Part shown: piece by piece, positions 1 through 9,914 of the stretch
How the letters are laid out: every line of letters begins with the position of its first letter
Position numbering within the stretch: the stretch's first letter is position 1
Assembly: GCA_024654575.1 (NCBI GenBank)
Contig: JANLHG010000014.1
Coordinates: 88,745 to 152,744, forward strand
DNA: 64,000 bases
Source of the DNA: Patescibacteria group bacterium
GTDB lineage: Bacteria > Patescibacteriota > Minisyncoccia > Phycocordibacterales > PALSA-1337
Direction of reading: 5' to 3'
The notes under the pieces: model-generated
Told to the model about the DNA's origin: nothing
Databases searched by the model: none
Seen by the model: the letters and a program-made list of their open reading frames with translations, nothing else
Position numbers and translations under genes: made by a program

Positions 1-333
1 TTGAGAATGGTGAGAAACAGAATGAAGTATATTGTTTTTATAAATGAAAAATAATACCATAAAAAACAACAGAATTACAGATGTGGGATTTCCTAAGGTC
101 AATTTTGAGGTAAAAACTACAAAAAATGGCTAAAACAAAGGATATTTTCCATTATTTCTAAAATTATTAATCCCTATATAACCCTATATTTTCATACATT
201 GTTTATTTAACTAAAACTCCAATTAAATCCTAGTTTTTCCTAGTATTTTAAAGTTTACTTTTTTGAGATTTTACAGAATAACTAGCTTCTTAAATTAACA
301 CTTTACAAACCTTTCCTGCCATACCCCCCCACA

Positions 334-483
334 CTAATAACAATCACCATAAGCAGTACAATTTCCTACCATATCATCTGGAACCCCACGAGGAGTTGGA
401 TCGGAGCGAAATAATGTTGCAATAAAATACACAATAATAATCAAAATTGCTAGTCCAATAGCTTTTCCAATTAATTCCTTCAT
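334..483 (-). CDS. Small hydrophobic membrane protein (49 aa, MKELIGKAIGLAILIIIVYFIATLF...), hypothetical
   Basis: Minus-strand ORF found by hand; it is below the ORF-track length cutoff. It has one predicted TM helix and sits in an otherwise non-coding AT-rich leader. Confidence 0.25.
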   Translation of the reverse strand: MKELIGKAIGLAILIIIVYFIATLFRSDPTPRGVPDDMVGNCTAYGDCY

Positions 484-617
484 ACCTTACAAAATATCAT
501 AAATATGCCCAATTAACAATAATAAATAAAAAATAATTAGGTATTATAATTTTTCTCTAACTATAAGATTTTGTTTAAATAGATATAGTGAATTACACGG
601 TGTGGTAAAATAAAACT

Positions 618-1148
618 ATGAAAATACCAGACATAAAAAAATATATAGATCTATATGGTACTGAAAATTATTTATTCAAAATCATTGGTCCTAAAGTAAA
701 AGAAAGAGGATATTTTTTATTTGAGGAGTTTTTTGAAGTTTGTATGTGGAAATCTGCTAGGCAGAAGCAGAGATATATAGAAAATAAGGATAGTGTTGAG
801 CGAATATCTAGAAATGCTTTTTCTGAAAAAGATGAAAAGCGAAAAATGGAAGTCCTATGTCAGTTGAAAGGTGTTAACGTACCAATGGCATCAGCACTTC
901 TTACTATCGTCTGTCCAGAAAGCTATGCTGTCATTGATATTAGATGTCTTGAAATGCTTACAGAAATGAAACATGGTATAGGTAATAATCCCTCTATTGA
1001 AACTTGGTTAAAATATTTGGCTAAAATGAGAGAATGGGCAAAAGAGAACAATGTTACGCCGAGAGAATTAGATATGGCTTTATATGCAAAACATAAAGAA
1101 ACACAGGGTTATAGAAATCTATACAAAAAACCGAATTCAAAAATGTAG
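618..1148 (+). CDS. Hypothetical protein (176 aa)
   Basis: Long ORF with no recognisable family motifs. It is preceded by an extended -10 element (TGgTAAAAT at 603-611) only 6 nt before the ATG, suggesting a leaderless transcript. Confidence 0.5.
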   Translation: MKIPDIKKYIDLYGTENYLFKIIGPKVKERGYFLFEEFFEVCMWKSARQKQRYIENKDSVERISRNAFSEKDEKRKMEVLCQLKGVNVPMASALLTIVCPESYAVIDIRCLEMLTEMKHGIGNNPSIETWLKYLAKMREWAKENNVTPRELDMALYAKHKETQGYRNLYKKPNSKM

Positions 1149-1297
1149 TAATAGATATGATATAATCACATTAATGTCATAGATTGAAGTTCTGGAATAT
1201 AGATTGTAGCGTCATTTTTACGCTCAAACACAGTTCTAACATCCTCCACGACGGCACCCAATGTAGATATTTTTAGATATGATATAATATTTTTAAT

Positions 1298-2044
1298 ATG
1301 AATAAAGAAAAAATATATTATTTTGCAAATGTTGGACTTATACTTTTATCTATTTTCCTTTTATCAAAAACTATATCCGAAATAAAAGGTTGGGGATTAA
1401 TCGGAAAAGATATTGCTCCACAGACGACAATAAGTGTTTCAGGAAAAGGTGAAGTTGTAGTAAAACCAGATATCGCTACTTTTTCTTTTAGTATTCAAGA
1501 AGAATCGCTTATTGTAAGCGACGCTCAGAATAAAGTGGCTAAAAGTGAAAAAGAAGCAATTTCTTTTATTGAAAAAAGTGGAGTGAGTAAAGATGATATA
1601 AAGGTTTCTGGTTATAATATATATCCGAGATACGATTATCTTAAAACAGGTAAGCAAACTCTTGTTGCTTATGTAATTTCTGAGTCAATTGAAGTAAAAG
1701 TTCGTGATATAAACAACGCAGGAAAAATTATAGGAAGTTTGGGTGAATTAGGGGTGACTAATTTGAGCGGGCTAACTTTTAGTGTTGATAAATATGATGA
1801 TATTGTGAAGCAGGCACGAGAAAAAGCTATTGCTGATGCCAAATTGAATGCTAAAAGTTTAGCTAAAGACTTAGGTGTTTCACTTTCTCGTATCGTTAAT
1901 TTTTCAGAAAATGGCTCAACTCCTTCACCAATTTACTATGGAAAAGCAATGGTAATGTCTAGTATTGAAATCGCAACACCAGAGTTACCGAGCGGGACAA
2001 ACAAAATCATTTCTAATGTTTCTATAATTTACGAGATTAGGTAA
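1298..2044 (+). CDS. SIMPL-domain (DUF541) periplasmic/immunogenic protein family
   Basis: N-terminal TM/signal segment followed by a SIMPL-like region (VSGKGEVVVKPDIATFSFSI...ISESIEVKVRD...KAIADAKLNAKSLAKDLGVSL). The extended -10 TGaTATAAT lies at 1280-1288. Confidence 0.75.
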   Translation: MNKEKIYYFANVGLILLSIFLLSKTISEIKGWGLIGKDIAPQTTISVSGKGEVVVKPDIATFSFSIQEESLIVSDAQNKVAKSEKEAISFIEKSGVSKDDIKVSGYNIYPRYDYLKTGKQTLVAYVISESIEVKVRDINNAGKIIGSLGELGVTNLSGLTFSVDKYDDIVKQAREKAIADAKLNAKSLAKDLGVSLSRIVNFSENGSTPSPIYYGKAMVMSSIEIATPELPSGTNKIISNVSIIYEIR

Positions 2045-2186
2045 AATCTTCATAATTAGAGCCGTTGTTTTATCTATTGACTAAATAGTTAGTAGTATGA
2101 TATACTATAAATAGTTCAAAGCACATTGATATGTAGCAGAGGACTTGTAATTAAAAACAAACCCAGAAAGGGAGAAAGGACTGCGT

Positions 2187-2918
2187 ATGAAAAATGCGAC
2201 TGCCTTGCAGATAGAAGTACGAACAGCAACACCAGATCAAATGAAAGACATCTACGGACTCGCCATACAGGCAATTCCGACTGGAATTTCATTTGAATCG
2301 GCTCAAGCAATCATCGGAAACAAATCGGCATTCATCACCAAGGTTCAAGATTTGTTTCCTGATCCAGCGATACTGCATGATCCTTTAAAACAGTGGGAGG
2401 TCTTCTACAGGGAAGAATTCAACGAAACCCACGATTTCTCGGAAATCAAAATTCCCGAAAAGCGAGAATGTTTCAACCGTCTCATCATCGTCCCCAAAGG
2501 AATGACGATGAATCGAGCATACAAAGCATGTGAAAAACACTTTCCGTGCTGGCGGTACAACAACGACCTAGACACCAGAGTCCCCACAAACGATCGCACA
2601 CCATCAGAATCATACGCCATCTGGGTCAGGGACCGGGTGGAGGCAGACGAGGAATTGAAAAAACTCTCTGCCAACGATCTTGTGGATCAGAAAGTGGGCG
2701 GTATCACCTTACTGGAACGTATTCTCTTGGAACTCAAATACTTCCGAGAAACCGGCAAGCACCTGGACATCAAAAATGTCACTCTTTGTTCAGGTTCGCG
2801 CGATGCCGATGGCGATGTGCCGAATGCGTGCTGGGATGGCGGTAAGTTCGGGGTGTCTTGGGACTATTGCGACTACCGGTACTCGTGCTTGCGTTCTCGC
2901 GAGGCAGTTTCCCTTTGA
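2187..2918 (+). CDS. Hypothetical protein encoded on a high-GC (foreign-composition) segment
   Basis: Sharp GC shift (about 50-55% versus about 32% in the flanks). A good sigma70-like promoter (TTGACT-17-ATATACT at 2078-2107) and an RBS (AAGGGAGAAAGG) precede it, and a terminator hairpin follows it. No family is recognised. The antisense and overlapping ORFs here are GC-driven artefacts. Confidence 0.5.
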   Translation: MKNATALQIEVRTATPDQMKDIYGLAIQAIPTGISFESAQAIIGNKSAFITKVQDLFPDPAILHDPLKQWEVFYREEFNETHDFSEIKIPEKRECFNRLIIVPKGMTMNRAYKACEKHFPCWRYNNDLDTRVPTNDRTPSESYAIWVRDRVEADEELKKLSANDLVDQKVGGITLLERILLELKYFRETGKHLDIKNVTLCSGSRDADGDVPNACWDGGKFGVSWDYCDYRYSCLRSREAVSL

Positions 2919-2941
2919 CCTTGTACCTTGTTCTATTCATT

Positions 2942-2970
2942 CCCCCGCTTTTTGCAAAGCGGGGGTTTTA
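2942..2970 (+). terminator. Rho-independent terminator hairpin (CCCCCGCTTTTTGCAAAGCGGGGG + T-run)
   Basis: Perfect 9-bp GC-rich stem followed by TTTTAT, immediately after the high-GC ORF. Confidence 0.6.
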
Positions 2971-2996
2971 TAAATAAAAATGCTATACTTTTTCTT

Positions 2997-4712
2997 ATGT
3001 CTAATTATTCTGTACGGGAAAAAATTTCTTCGGAAGTGGCTAGAGAGCTTGAAGAATATCCGAAAATTATTCGTCATTTACTTTTTCACAGGGGGATTAC
3101 TAAAAAGGAAGATGCAGAAAAGTTTTTAAAACCAGATTATCAGAGAGATATACATGACCCATATCTTTTGAAAGATATGAAAAAAGCAGTTGAGCGAATT
3201 TTGTCGGCTATTTTAAAAGAAGAGAAAATATTAATTTACGGTGATTATGATGCCGATGGTATCCCTGGTTCGGTTATACTTCACGACTTTTTCAAAAAAA
3301 TTGGCTATGATAAATTTGAGAATTATTTTCCACATCGTCATAATGAGGGTTATGGATTGAATATGGAAGCGGTGGAACAGTTTAAAAATAAGGGTATTAA
3401 TTTGATAATTACTATTGATTGTGGAACCAATGATGTATTAGAGGTAGTTAAAGCACAAGAATATGGGATAGATGTCATAATAACCGACCATCACTTATCT
3501 CAAGATGAAAAAATACCTCCAGCTTTTGCGATTATTAATTCCAAGCAATCAGATTGTGATTACCCGTATGATATGCTTTGTGGTTCGGGTGTAATTTTTA
3601 AATTAATACAGGCCATTTTGAATAAAAATAATTTTGGGATTAAGGAAGGAATGGAAAAATGGCACTTGGACATGGTTGGATTGGCTACCATGGCGGATAT
3701 GGTACCTTTACAGGGTGAAAATAGAGCTTTTGCTTTTTTTGGATTAAAAATGCTTCGTCTGTCGCCTAGGATTGGTTTGAAAAAACTTTTGCAGAAAAAT
3801 AAAATTATACAAAAATATCTTTGTGAAGATGATATTGGTTTTACTATTGCTCCAAGAATTAATGCTGCTTCAAGAATGGGGGACCCGCTTCAAGCTTTTC
3901 AATTATTAACTGCAGTTGATGAAGCGAGTGCTGAAACGCTTGCTGACCATTTGAATAAAATAAATGATGAACGAAAAACTATTGCAGGCACTATTACTAA
4001 AGAAATAAAAAAAGTTCTCAAAAAAAGGCAAGGAGATGATGCAAAAAAAGTATTAGTCATAGGTAATCCTGATTGGAAACCGGCTCTTTTAGGACCGGTA
4101 GCTAATAATTTAGCGGAAGAATTTAATACTCCTGTGTTTATCTGGGGGCGGGCAGATGGTGAATTTATAAAAGGTTCCTGTCGTTCTAATGGAAAAATTA
4201 ATTTATCTGAACTTATGGAACACACTCCATCTGATTTATTTTTAACTTACGGTGGTCACAAAATGTCTGGTGGTTTTTCTATTTCCCATGAAAAAATACA
4301 TTTACTTGAAAGCGAATTATGTAAGGCCTATGAGATTCTTACTAAAGATGGAATTAAAGAAGATGAGTCTTTTGTTGATTTAAAATTAAATATTAATGAT
4401 GTGAATTGGACAACTTATAATGATATTGAAAAACTTTGTCCGTTTGGTATCGGTAATGAAAAACCTTTATTTCTTTTTGAAAATATTATTATTGATGAAG
4501 TGAAATTATTTGGTAAAGAGAAAAATCATTTAGAATTAATTTTTAGAAATAGTGAAAATAAAAAAGTATCATCTATGGGATTTTTTATGACTCCTGAAAA
4601 TTTTTCTTTTCCGATTATACGAGGAGAAAAAATCAATTTAGTGGCGACTATGGAAAAATCTATGTTTAGAAGTTTTCCAGAATTGAGGTTGAGGATTGTG
4701 GATATAGTATAA
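2997..4712 (+). CDS. recJ: Single-stranded-DNA-specific exonuclease RecJ (DHH/DHHA1)
   Basis: DHH motif region (ILIYGDYDADGIPGSVILHDFF...ITDHH) and a DHHA1-like C-terminal part (GGHKMSGGF). The start is moved to the ATG at 2997 so that it does not overlap the upstream terminator. Confidence 0.9.
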   Translation: MSNYSVREKISSEVARELEEYPKIIRHLLFHRGITKKEDAEKFLKPDYQRDIHDPYLLKDMKKAVERILSAILKEEKILIYGDYDADGIPGSVILHDFFKKIGYDKFENYFPHRHNEGYGLNMEAVEQFKNKGINLIITIDCGTNDVLEVVKAQEYGIDVIITDHHLSQDEKIPPAFAIINSKQSDCDYPYDMLCGSGVIFKLIQAILNKNNFGIKEGMEKWHLDMVGLATMADMVPLQGENRAFAFFGLKMLRLSPRIGLKKLLQKNKIIQKYLCEDDIGFTIAPRINAASRMGDPLQAFQLLTAVDEASAETLADHLNKINDERKTIAGTITKEIKKVLKKRQGDDAKKVLVIGNPDWKPALLGPVANNLAEEFNTPVFIWGRADGEFIKGSCRSNGKINLSELMEHTPSDLFLTYGGHKMSGGFSISHEKIHLLESELCKAYEILTKDGIKEDESFVDLKLNINDVNWTTYNDIEKLCPFGIGNEKPLFLFENIIIDEVKLFGKEKNHLELIFRNSENKKVSSMGFFMTPENFSFPIIRGEKINLVATMEKSMFRSFPELRLRIVDIV

Positions 4713-4720
4713 TTAAATCT

Positions 4721-5170
4721 ATGAGTATAACAATCTTCACTGATGGTGCTTCGCGAGGTAATCCTGGACCAGGAGGATGGGGTGTTGTTATTATCATGGA
4801 GCATGAAGCAGGAAATATGAAACATAAAGAAATAGGAGGTAGAGAAGAACACACAACGAATAATAGAATGGAACTGAGGGCGGTTATTGAAGGATTGAGG
4901 GTCATTGAAAGTGGTCAGAAGGTGATTGTTAATGCCGATTCAGAATATGTCGTAAAAGGAATAACTTTATGGATAAAGGGGTGGATAACTAAAGGATGGA
5001 AGACTGCAAGTAAAAAAGCAGTTTTGAATCAAGATTTATGGAAAGAACTTCTGGAGGTTTCAGAAGGTAAAGATATCTCTTGGAATGTTGTGAAAGGACA
5101 CTCTGGAGTAAAATGGAATGAACGAGCAGATGAAATTGCTACCGCCTTTGCGGATAAGGTCTCTCTATGA
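4721..5170 (+). CDS. rnhA: Ribonuclease HI
   Basis: MSITIFTDGASRGNPGPGGWGVV...TNNRMELRAVIEGL...ADSEYVV. The TGA stop overlaps the next ATG in an ATGA arrangement. Confidence 0.9.
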   Translation: MSITIFTDGASRGNPGPGGWGVVIIMEHEAGNMKHKEIGGREEHTTNNRMELRAVIEGLRVIESGQKVIVNADSEYVVKGITLWIKGWITKGWKTASKKAVLNQDLWKELLEVSEGKDISWNVVKGHSGVKWNERADEIATAFADKVSL

Positions 5171-6621
5171 AGTCCGATTACTTGTACATTATTTTAGGTG
5201 GTTTTTTTGTGGGGGTTGTTTTTAGAAGTTTTGTTTATTCAAAAATTGCTTTTGCGTTATCGATTATTTTTTTGTCGCTGATATTTCTGATTTGGAGAAA
5301 TAAAAAAGCTTTTTTCATTATTTTTATATTTATTTTTTCGTTTGGAGTTGGAATACTTCGTTATGATATTAAAGATGAAAGTCCGTTAAAAAATATTCTT
5401 GATGATATTGTAGGAAAGAAAATGATAGTAGAGGGGATTGTTTCAACAGACCCAGAAATAAAAGATGACACTTTGCGTTTTGTTATAGCGTCAAAGTCAA
5501 ATATTTTTGTGAGAACCCAATTATATCCGACCGTAAAATACGGTGACCTTATTAGATTGGAAGGTAAAATTATGAAACCGGAAAATTTTGATGGTGGTTC
5601 TGGAAAAATATTTGACTATGTCTCTTATCTTTCAAAAGACGATGTCTATTACACCATGAGTATGCCGAGTGTATCGGTTATTTCTCATAATAATGGAAAT
5701 CCGATTAAAAATGTTCTTTATAAAATAAAAAATAGTTTTTTGACGCAGATTGAGAAGATTATTCCAGCACCATATTCAGCACTTGAAGGAGGGCTTTTGT
5801 TGGGTACTAAACAATCACTTGGTACGAAATTACAAGATGATTTTAGGCGTGCTGGTATTATTCACATTGTGGTACTTTCTGGATATAACATTACTATTAT
5901 CGCTGATTTTATAATGAAAATAATGGTTCCTTTACCGAATGTTTATGGGATAGGTGCCGGAATTATAGGTATCATTCTTTTTGCTATTATGGCTGGAGGT
6001 GAAGCTACTGTAGTGAGAGCGACTATTATGGCTCTTTTTGTCATTTTAGCAAAATCCTCACGGCGAAATTACGATGTGACTCGAGCATTAAGTCTGGCAG
6101 GTTTTCTTATGATATTACATAATCCCAAAATAGTGGTTTATGATTCATCTTTTCAACTCTCTTTTATGGCAACACTAGGATTAATATATGTCGCTCCCAT
6201 TATTGAAACAAAACTTGTCTGGATTACGAAACATTTTAAAATTAGAGAAATTATGACTACTACATTAGCAACGCAATTATTCGTTTTACCAATGTTGCTT
6301 TATAAAATGGGAGAGTTGTCTCTTGTTGGTATTCCAGTCAACCTTTTAATTTTAGGAATTATTCCAATTACCATGCTTTTAGGTTTTATTACTGGCTTAG
6401 TAAGTTTTTTAAGTATTTTTATTGCTTGGATAACTGGGGGTCTGACATATTTTCTTCTGTGGTATCAAATAGGAGTAGTGGAATTTTTCTCTTCACTTCC
6501 ATTCGCGTCAATTAAAATATCATATTTTCCATTTTGGCTAGCGGTTTTGGTTTATGTGGGATATTTAATTATTTACTTGCGTTTTTATAATTCTCCTCAA
6601 TTACATCCCAATTCAAATTAG
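5167..6621 (+). CDS. comEC: ComEC/Rec2 family competence protein, N-terminal membrane part (DUF4131 + competence domain)
   Basis: Multi-pass membrane protein with a ComEC-like organisation. A separate MBL-domain ORF lies downstream. Confidence 0.7.
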   Translation: MKSDYLYIILGGFFVGVVFRSFVYSKIAFALSIIFLSLIFLIWRNKKAFFIIFIFIFSFGVGILRYDIKDESPLKNILDDIVGKKMIVEGIVSTDPEIKDDTLRFVIASKSNIFVRTQLYPTVKYGDLIRLEGKIMKPENFDGGSGKIFDYVSYLSKDDVYYTMSMPSVSVISHNNGNPIKNVLYKIKNSFLTQIEKIIPAPYSALEGGLLLGTKQSLGTKLQDDFRRAGIIHIVVLSGYNITIIADFIMKIMVPLPNVYGIGAGIIGIILFAIMAGGEATVVRATIMALFVILAKSSRRNYDVTRALSLAGFLMILHNPKIVVYDSSFQLSFMATLGLIYVAPIIETKLVWITKHFKIREIMTTTLATQLFVLPMLLYKMGELSLVGIPVNLLILGIIPITMLLGFITGLVSFLSIFIAWITGGLTYFLLWYQIGVVEFFSSLPFASIKISYFPFWLAVLVYVGYLIIYLRFYNSPQLHPNSN

Positions 6622-7120
6622 CGAAAAAGTCCTCAATATATCGTTTTTTTCCAGATGGTTGATAATCATAAATAAAAGCGTGTTCCCACATATCAATACC
6701 TAAAATAAGTTGACAACCATTTAATTGACCAAGATGTTGTTCATCAATCCATGTATTGATTAGTTTTTTTACAGTGGGGTCATAATAAAGCATTGCCCAA
6801 CCAACACCTCTAGTTAGAGCTATTGATTTGAATGTTATAAGCCATTTATCAAATGATTCAAATTGTTCAGTGATAGCTTTTTTTAGAATACTTATGTCAG
6901 AGAGTGCTTTAGGTCCACCCTCTAAACTTTTAAAATAATATTCATGATTTCTCATACCGTTAAATTCAAAACCAATGCGTCTAATATCCTGCTTGCCTTC
7001 AAGGGTGTCATTGATATTTTTTACATAACCAGCATAAAGTTTTAGATGTTCCTCTATGTTTTTCTTTGAAATTCCTTTTAATTCTGGTATATTAAATTTT
7101 TGTTCATCATATTTAAACAT
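6569..7120 (-). CDS. sod: Fe/Mn superoxide dismutase family protein (divergent N-terminus)
   Basis: C-terminal signature GIDMWEHAFIYDYQ...NLNWD matches the Fe/Mn-SOD motif (D-x-WEH-A-Y-Y). The helix-1 HHxKHH motif is degenerate. The gene is antisense, lies between the two comEC ORFs and overlaps both. Confidence 0.7.
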   Translation of the reverse strand: MFKYDEQKFNIPELKGISKKNIEEHLKLYAGYVKNINDTLEGKQDIRRIGFEFNGMRNHEYYFKSLEGGPKALSDISILKKAITEQFESFDKWLITFKSIALTRGVGWAMLYYDPTVKKLINTWIDEQHLGQLNGCQLILGIDMWEHAFIYDYQPSGKKRYIEDFFANLNWDVIEENYKNASK

Positions 7121-7969
7121 AAAATCAAGTATATCATTTTTACTACGCTTTGTTTAGCGAATTTTTTCATATGGTATGGTGTTTATTGGGAAAACAGAGG
7201 AAATACTTTAACTGTCGCTTTTATGGATGTCGGACAAGGTGATTCAATTTTTATTGAAGCACCAAATGGTAATTCCATTATTATTGATGGTGGTCCATCT
7301 AGAGCTATTCTTTCAGAGTTAGGTAAACTTTTACCATTTTATGACCGCTCTATTGATATGTTGATTGTGACAAATCCCGATAAAGACCATTTAGCTGGTT
7401 TTATTGATGTTCTCAAAAATTATAAAGTGGGAGAAGTTCTTGAACCAGGTACCCATTCGGATACCGTAATTTATACAGAACTTGAGAAAACGATTGCTGA
7501 TAAAAAAGTTTTAAAAGAAATTGCTCATCGCGGAATGAAAATAATCCTTGATGAAGAATATGGAATTTATTTAGATATTCTTTTTCCTGATAGAGATGTG
7601 TCACAGTGGACTTCAAATGATGGTTCAATTGTCGCCAAGTTAGTTTATGGAAATACTTCTTATTTGTTAATGGGAGACGCTACGAAAAAAACAGAAAATA
7701 TTGTCATGAGTAATGAAAGCCCGGATGCTTTAAAGAGTGATGTTTTAAAATTAGGGCATCATGGTTCAAAAACGTCTTCTGGTTATGATTTTGTTAAAAT
7801 TGTTTCTCCGTATTATGCCGTGATTTCCGCTGGATTTCATAATAGATATGGACATCCGAATAAAGAAACGATGAATACTCTTACCAAACTCCACATTTCA
7901 TCACTTATTACATTTAAATTAGGAACGATAGTAACAGAATCGGATGGGAGTAGGGTACAGATAAAGTAA
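7100..7969 (+). CDS. ComEC C-terminal metallo-beta-lactamase domain protein (separate ORF with its own TM anchor)
   Basis: VAFMDVGQGDSIFIEAPNGNSIIIDGG...LGHHGS is typical of the ComEC MBL domain. Confidence 0.8.
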   Translation: MFIIFKHKIKYIIFTTLCLANFFIWYGVYWENRGNTLTVAFMDVGQGDSIFIEAPNGNSIIIDGGPSRAILSELGKLLPFYDRSIDMLIVTNPDKDHLAGFIDVLKNYKVGEVLEPGTHSDTVIYTELEKTIADKKVLKEIAHRGMKIILDEEYGIYLDILFPDRDVSQWTSNDGSIVAKLVYGNTSYLLMGDATKKTENIVMSNESPDALKSDVLKLGHHGSKTSSGYDFVKIVSPYYAVISAGFHNRYGHPNKETMNTLTKLHISSLITFKLGTIVTESDGSRVQIK

Positions 7970-8075
7970 GTAAAAATGGTTTGTCTGGGCACGCATAATT
8001 TTCTGATGAAAATTTGCTCTTCTCATGCCGTCGCACTCCGAAAGACCCGACCAAACCATTTTTACTTACTTTTTA
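7966..8075. terminator. Long nested inverted repeat (roughly 25-bp outer stem, with an inner AATTTTC/GAAAATT hairpin) between convergent genes; probable bidirectional terminator or structured element
   Basis: AAGTAAGTAAAAATGGTTTGTCTGGG ... CCCGACCAAACCATTTTTACTTACTT. Confidence 0.45.
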
Positions 8076-8315
8076 GATTAATCCTGCTTTTTTCAAAACT
8101 GCATAAGCGCCGTTTTTATTGATTGTTTTAATGGCTCTGGTAGAAATAGTGAGATTGAGGTATTTTTTTAGTTCAGGGACATAAATTCGCTTTTTTTGTA
8201 GATTAACATATTTACGAACTTTTCCAGTAGGATTAAATTTCGTTGCACGGGTACGGTTTGAGTAACCACCTCCCATTATTGAACTTTTTTTTGTAATTGC
8301 ACAGATTTTTGCCAT
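8073..8315 (-). CDS. rpmB: 50S ribosomal protein L28
   Basis: MAKICAITKKSSIMGGGYSNRTRATKFNP...VPELKK matches the L28 pattern. Confidence 0.85.
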   Translation of the reverse strand: MAKICAITKKSSIMGGGYSNRTRATKFNPTGKVRKYVNLQKKRIYVPELKKYLNLTISTRAIKTINKNGAYAVLKKAGLI

Positions 8316-8358
8316 AGAATTGTATGGTATCATATTGTTTATAATAAGCAAGAATTTT

Positions 8359-8976
8359 ATGGAAATAAATTTTATTTTTTCAATATTGGTACTTTTAATG
8401 TCTGTCGTGGTACATGAAGTTGCTCATGGCTATACAGCAGAGATTTTAGGAGACCCTACTGCACGACTTGCAGGACGACTTACACTTAATCCAGTAAAAC
8501 ATCTTGATATGATTGGTTCAATTATTGTTCCTATCGTTACCTTTATTACAGGAGGTGTTATTTTTGGTTGGGCAAAACCAGTACCTTTTAATCCCTATAA
8601 TTTAAAAAGTCAGAGATGGGGTGAAGGGATGGTGGCCTTAGCTGGACCATTATCAAATCTTTGTATTGCATTATTCTTTTCCATTATTATTCGTTTTTTT
8701 GCAAATTCCAACCTTCTATCTCAATCTTTCTTAGAAATCTCTATTCTTATCGTAATTATCAATATAACACTGGCCGTATTCAACCTTATTCCCATCAGTC
8801 CGCTCGATGGTTCAAAAATCTTATTTTCTTTCATACCTTACCGTTTTGATTACATTAGAAGCTGGATAGAAAGACATTCTTTGATTTTAGTGCTTATTCT
8901 ATTATTTTTTCTATGGCAATTCATAGTTCCCATAATTCCATGGCTATTTAAGATTTTTACAGGGATAAGGTTTTAA
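8359..8976 (+). CDS. Site-2 protease family (M50) zinc metalloprotease
   Basis: HEVAHGYTAEILGD...LTLNPVKHLD motif in a multi-TM protein. Confidence 0.75.
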   Translation: MEINFIFSILVLLMSVVVHEVAHGYTAEILGDPTARLAGRLTLNPVKHLDMIGSIIVPIVTFITGGVIFGWAKPVPFNPYNLKSQRWGEGMVALAGPLSNLCIALFFSIIIRFFANSNLLSQSFLEISILIVIINITLAVFNLIPISPLDGSKILFSFIPYRFDYIRSWIERHSLILVLILLFFLWQFIVPIIPWLFKIFTGIRF

Positions 8977-9015
8977 TTGCATTTTTTTGGTGTATATAGT
9001 ATTGTAAATCACGCA

Positions 9016-9429
9016 ATGCCGACAATTAATCAATTAGTTAAAACAAAAAGAATAAGACTTAAAAGAAAGTCAAAATCAATCGCACTTATGCGTAGTTTTA
9101 ATACGATTAAAAATCGTCCTCGTTTTTTTGCATCTCCTTTTAAAAGAGGTGTATGTATCAAGGTCACCACAAAAACTCCTAAGAAGCCAAACTCTGCTAT
9201 TCGAAAAGTGGCTAGAGTGCGTCTTACAAATGGAATGGAAGTGACTGCCTATATCCCAGGTATCGGACATAATCTTCAAGAACACTCAGTGGTTTTGCTT
9301 AGAGGTGGTCGTGTAAAAGATGTTGGACTTCGCTATACTGTAGTTCGTGGTGTGCTTGATTCCACAGGAGTAGAAACGAGACGAAAGGGTCGTAGTCAAT
9401 ACGGTATGAAAAAACCTAAAAAAGCATAA
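9016..9429 (+). CDS. rpsL: 30S ribosomal protein S12
   Basis: [12 protein letters not shown]...[19 protein letters not shown]... Confidence 0.95.
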   Translation: MPTINQLVKTKRIRLKRKSKSIALMRSFNTIKNRPRFFASPFKRGVCIKVTTKTPKKPNSAIRKVARVRLTNGMEVTAYIPGIGHNLQEHSVVLLRGGRVKDVGLRYTVVRGVLDSTGVETRRKGRSQYGMKKPKKA

Positions 9430-9434
9430 ATTTT

Positions 9435-9905
9435 ATGAGAAGAAAAATAAAAAATAAACATATATTGCAACCAGATATTCAATATGAATCAGTAAAAGTC
9501 GCCAAGTTCATAAACTATATTATGGAAAAAGGTAAAAAAAATACTGCGAGAAGTATTGTTTATGATTGTTTTAATACGATTAAAGAAAAAGCTAAAGTAG
9601 AAAATCCAATGGAAGTTTTTGATACAGCTTTAAAAAATACAGCGCCGATGATGGAGGTACGTTCAAGGAGAGTAGGGGGAGCAAACTATCAAGTACCGCG
9701 AGAAGTGCGACCAGAGAGAAGACAAGCACTTTCTATGAAATGGATAATTGATGCAGCTAGGAGCAAAAAAGGTGCAGAAATGCATAAAAAACTTGCGGAT
9801 GAGATAATTTCCGCATCTAAAAATGAAGGTGAAGCAGTTAAAAAACGAGAAAATACTCACAAAATGGCGGAAGCTAACAAAGCCTTTGCTCACTTCGCGT
9901 GGTAA
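9435..9905 (+). CDS. rpsG: 30S ribosomal protein S7
   Basis: S7 family sequence; standard str-operon order. Confidence 0.95.
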   Translation: MRRKIKNKHILQPDIQYESVKVAKFINYIMEKGKKNTARSIVYDCFNTIKEKAKVENPMEVFDTALKNTAPMMEVRSRRVGGANYQVPREVRPERRQALSMKWIIDAARSKKGAEMHKKLADEIISASKNEGEAVKKRENTHKMAEANKAFAHFAW

Positions 9906-9914
9906 TATAATGAT

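Noticed and set aside
2405-2973. Several overlapping ORFs on both strands (2405..2674-, 2546..2845+, 2680..2973+)
   Set aside because: They are artefacts of the high-GC island, where stop codons are rare. Only the 2187..2918 frame has a promoter and RBS.
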